Source of the DNA: Candidatus Bathyarchaeota archaeon | GTDB taxonomy: Archaea > Thermoproteota > Bathyarchaeia > Hecatellales > Hecatellaceae | Reading direction: 5' to 3' | NCBI GenBank assembly: GCA_052246995.1 | Contig: JBQPWD010000002.1 | Coordinates: forward strand, 160,001 to 224,000 | DNA length: 64,000 nucleotides | Shown here: piece after piece, positions 60,895 to 64,000 of the stretch | Position numbering within the stretch: the stretch's first letter is position 1 | Layout of the letters: the number at the start of each line of letters is the position of its first letter | The notes under the pieces: generated by a model | Told to the model about the DNA's origin: nothing | Database searches by the model: none | Seen by the model: the letters and a program-made list of their open reading frames with translations, nothing else | Program-made: the position numbers and the translations under genes

Positions 60895-62208
60895 ATGGTA
60901 GGGAAAACTTTTCCACATGAAGGATTTAAAGTCAACAGTTTAGGTCACTTAACCCTTGATGATTACGACCTTGTAGATTTAGCTGAAAAATATGGAACCC
61001 CCATATACGTTATCTCAGAAAAAAGACTTAGGGAAAACTATAAGCGTTTACTCAGCACCTTCAAGGAGCATTACCCTGGAAATGTTATTATAGCCTATGC
61101 TGTTAAAGCCAACTACACATTAGCCTTAATCAAGGTTTTTATTTCAGAGGACTCTTGGTTTGAAACTTTCTCCGGAATTGAGCTACATATGGCTTTACTT
61201 GCTGGTGCTCAACCTAAAAACATAGTTCTAACTGGGTGCAACCGTTTAAAAGAGGATTTTGAGGAGGCGCTTAAACTTAATGTCGGCTTAATTGTTGTCG
61301 ACTCCATTTCAGAGCTTCAAAAACTTGAGGAGGCTGCCAGTCAGCTTGGGGTTGAAGCAAAAACGTTAATTAGAGTAAACCCGTCCTTAAGCATTCCAAC
61401 TCATCCTTTAATTGCCACAGGTACTCGTGGAACAAAATTTGGTTTAAGTATAGAAGGTGGAGAAGCTTTAAAGGCGTTTGAAAAAGCTTTAACAATGAAG
61501 TGGATTAAGGTTGTTGGTATCCATACCCATATAGGTTCTCAAATTCTTAGAATTGAACCTTTTATTGAAACAGCTAAACGTATAACTAGCTTTGTTAAAA
61601 CTCTTAACAGAAAATTTGGATTTAATCCTGAATGGTTAGATTTTGGAGGAGGTTTTGGCATACCCTATAAACGTGGAGAAAAAAGTTTAAACCTTCAAGT
61701 TTTAGCCAAAAGAATGAGTAAAATAATAGCTGATGGTTTTAAAGACCTTAAATTAAATCCACCTAACCTGCTATTTGAGCCTGGAAGGTTTCTTGTAGGT
61801 GATGCTGAAATTTTACTGGCAAAAGTTGGAAACATTAAAGAATCCGTCAACGGAAAGTTTGTTTACATTGATGCTTCAACCAACCATATAATACCTGTTT
61901 TAATTGTAAAACAGTATTACGAGATTATCCTAGCAAATAAGGTTAACAAAAAAATTGAAGAAAAAGTAACATTTGCCGGACCCTTATGCTTTACAGGAGA
62001 TATCCTAGCTGTAAATAGAGGCACTCCAAAGGTTGAAATGGGAGATGTGGTTGCAATTTTAAACGTTGGAGCCTACTGTAAATCAGCTTACACAATGCAT
62101 AATGCATACCCAAAGCCACCAACATTAATGCTTACTCAACATGGAGTAAAAATGGTTCAACGTAAAGAAACAGTTGAAGATATTATTAGTAGGGAAGTTT
62201 TAACGTAA
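60895..62208 (+). CDS. PLP fold-type III (LysA/ODC family) decarboxylase, substrate uncertain
   Basis: YAVKAN, RVNP, KFG, HIGSQ, DFGGG, EPGR, GPLCFTGD. Confidence 0.88.
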   Translation: MVGKTFPHEGFKVNSLGHLTLDDYDLVDLAEKYGTPIYVISEKRLRENYKRLLSTFKEHYPGNVIIAYAVKANYTLALIKVFISEDSWFETFSGIELHMALLAGAQPKNIVLTGCNRLKEDFEEALKLNVGLIVVDSISELQKLEEAASQLGVEAKTLIRVNPSLSIPTHPLIATGTRGTKFGLSIEGGEALKAFEKALTMKWIKVVGIHTHIGSQILRIEPFIETAKRITSFVKTLNRKFGFNPEWLDFGGGFGIPYKRGEKSLNLQVLAKRMSKIIADGFKDLKLNPPNLLFEPGRFLVGDAEILLAKVGNIKESVNGKFVYIDASTNHIIPVLIVKQYYEIILANKVNKKIEEKVTFAGPLCFTGDILAVNRGTPKVEMGDVVAILNVGAYCKSAYTMHNAYPKPPTLMLTQHGVKMVQRKETVEDIISREVLT

Positions 62209-62369
62209 CATTTCACAATTCTACCTTCGTTTAAGAGGCTTTCAAAATTTGTTTAGAAGTTAGACACAAATCTGGTTGAAGATGGCTAAAAACTTATAGG
62301 TTTTTGGTTTTAAATGAAAACATTTTTAGGATTTATTTATCCATATTAAGTTTACAAGTTCTGGAGTTG

Positions 62370-62927
62370 ATGAGCATGGAGTTAATGGAAGCTATTAAAA
62401 GTAGAAGAAGCGTCCGAAGATTTACAAATAAGGATGTTGAAGACGAAAAGTTAAAAGAAATCTTTGAAGCCGCACGATGGGCACCTTCATGGGCTAACAC
62501 CCAATGCTGGGAGTTTATAGTAGTTAAAAATAATGAAACAAAGAAGAAAATCTCTGAAACGCTTAGACCAGGAAATCCTGCAACAAATGCTGTTGCTTCG
62601 GCACCAGTTGTTATTGTCGCATGTGGACGTAAACGCTTAGCCGGGTTTTACGGAGAAAGTGCCATGACTGACAAGGGGGATTGGCTTATGTTTGATGTAG
62701 CTTTAGCAATTCAAAACATGTGTCTTGCAATTCATAACCTAGGTTTAGGAACAGTTATTGTTGGAGCATTTAATTCAAAAAAGGTTGCAGAAATTTTAAA
62801 TGTACCTGAAAATGTTGATGTTGTAGCAATACTTCCAGTAGGATATCCGGAAAAAGTCCCAAAAACACCACCAAGAAAGAATGTTGAAGATTTTGTTTTC
62901 TATGAAAGTTATGGAAAGAAAGGATAG
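62370..62927 (+). CDS. Nitroreductase family flavoprotein
   Basis: RRSVRRF, APSWANTQCW, LGLGT, GYP. Start moved to the ATG after GGAG. Confidence 0.92.
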   Translation: MSMELMEAIKSRRSVRRFTNKDVEDEKLKEIFEAARWAPSWANTQCWEFIVVKNNETKKKISETLRPGNPATNAVASAPVVIVACGRKRLAGFYGESAMTDKGDWLMFDVALAIQNMCLAIHNLGLGTVIVGAFNSKKVAEILNVPENVDVVAILPVGYPEKVPKTPPRKNVEDFVFYESYGKKG

Positions 62928-62954
62928 AACTAAACCTAATCTAATATTTTATTT

Positions 62955-64000
62955 TTAACTACCAAAAAACTTTGAAAGATCCTTTGTTTTTGATGTTTTT
63001 AGGCTTCCAAGTTCTACTTTTGAAATACCAAAAATTTCTAAAACTCTTAAAGCCGCAGGAATTATCTGATTCTCAATATAATACAAGGCATCTAAGTCTT
63101 TAGGTGCAACCATAAAGTATGGATAAGCCCTCTCGTAAAGTTTGCCTAAGCCCTTAACAATAACATATCCAACCTTATCCCCGACAGTGATATTCCAACC
63201 ACTTTTAATCATCCTTTTTGCAGCTTCAACATGAGGTGCCCTAACCTGATACTCATTAGGAGGTTTGGTTATTGTTTTCCAGATTATGAATGGTTCAATA
63301 TCAGTTATTAAAGCCTCATTCAACTTTTTAATGTAGTTATTAACAATGTTAGCAGCCTTATTTGGATTATTCTCCTTTAAAATTATTTCTAAAACTTTTT
63401 CTTGAATATCCTTTGCAGCTTCACACCAATCTCCTCTGGCAACCTCAAGCCCAACAATTTCTATCCTTCCGTCCGGAAGAAGACCTGCATATCTTTTTTT
63501 AGCTTCAGTAAACAGTAGCCGTTTATAGATAGTATCAGGCCTAATTTCAAGACCTGTCTTCTCTTTAACTTCGTCTAGGAAAACTTTAACTTTTGATTCA
63601 TCATACTTGACAAAGATGCTATCGGTGTCTCCATAAACAACCTCCAATCCGTGTTTTTTTGCAATATTTATTGTTTCGCTTATGGTTTTCCTACCCCATG
63701 CTGCTGTAGCCTCGGCAACTTCGTTAACATACCATCTTGCACCCCTCCAACCACAATAACCGTAAGCAGCATTTGTAATAACCTTAATACCACGTTGCCT
63801 AGCATCCAAAACCTTGTAAAGAGGGGTGCCATAAGTTAACTTTTTAAGATTTTCTTGTATTTTTCTTCGTGCATCCATAAGCTCTAAAAGTACCTGTTTA
63901 TAAAAACCAGGCGGATTAGCTTTAAACTTATGATGCACTTCAGGAGTTATGTAAACTTCACCATCAAATTTTTCATTAGGCCTTATATAGGTATCTGGAG
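62955..64000 (-). CDS. polB: Family B DNA polymerase (PolB3-like), 5' part outside the window
   Basis: RQRGIKVITNAAYGY, YGDTDS, KKRYAG, GLE.ARGDW, YYIENQI; frame is open to the window edge. Confidence 0.96.
   Translation of the reverse strand, partial: PDTYIRPNEKFDGEVYITPEVHHKFKANPPGFYKQVLLELMDARRKIQENLKKLTYGTPLYKVLDARQRGIKVITNAAYGYCGWRGARWYVNEVAEATAAWGRKTISETINIAKKHGLEVVYGDTDSIFVKYDESKVKVFLDEVKEKTGLEIRPDTIYKRLLFTEAKKRYAGLLPDGRIEIVGLEVARGDWCEAAKDIQEKVLEIILKENNPNKAANIVNNYIKKLNEALITDIEPFIIWKTITKPPNEYQVRAPHVEAAKRMIKSGWNITVGDKVGYVIVKGLGKLYERAYPYFMVAPKDLDALYYIENQIIPAALRVLEIFGISKVELGSLKTSKTKDLSKFFGS

Noticed and set aside
552-63839. Numerous 60-130 aa ORFs inside or antisense to real genes (e.g. 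552-881, 19732-20046, 30618-30974, 34372-34752, 42829-43149, 54794-55177, 58022-58399)
   Set aside because: They lie within well-supported genes, have no motifs, and show the Ser/Phe/Ile-rich composition of shadow frames.
1-64000. CRISPR arrays, IS elements, integrases, inteins, selenoprotein recoding
   Set aside because: By eye I saw no regularly spaced repeats, transposase or recombinase motifs, intein-sized insertions, or in-frame TGA at conserved Cys positions. This was not a computed scan.

Overview
AT-rich archaeal chromosomal window. It looks TACK-like (S26e, LysW pathway, intron-split cbf5); Bathyarchaeia is a plausible guess but cannot be proven from this window. It is mostly housekeeping: aspartate kinase, his cluster, lysWXYZJ, cofE, thrS/proS, purine and pyrimidine genes, rio2-mat-Lsm, pur operon, SPFH/NfeD, hydrogenase maturation cluster, purT, tRNA-Ser, cbf5/L14e/cmk/DUF106, S12/S7/EF-1alpha/S10, B12 methylmalonyl-CoA mutase cluster, trpY-trpB2 and PolB. 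I found no CRISPR array, transposase or integrase. The most notable signals are absent from the ORF track. (1) A 21-nt bulge-helix-bulge intron splits the catalytic Asp codon of cbf5. (2) There are two clear C/D-box guide sRNAs, predicted to target tRNA-Leu(CAA) C34 and a 23S rRNA site, plus one degenerate candidate. (3) A 10-bp-phased array of TRP boxes lies between trpY and trpB2. (4) Two genes appear to start at ATT and CTG. (5) A purS-like deletion scar precedes purF. (6) lysW is unannotated. Protein-level oddities are a GalT-type nucleotidyltransferase inside the hyp operon, a Cys1-less PurF paralog, a CX6C-repeat helical protein next to PAC2, a LysA-fold decarboxylase with non-DAP signature residues, and an inverted rps7. 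All family assignments come from recalled motifs, not database searches.
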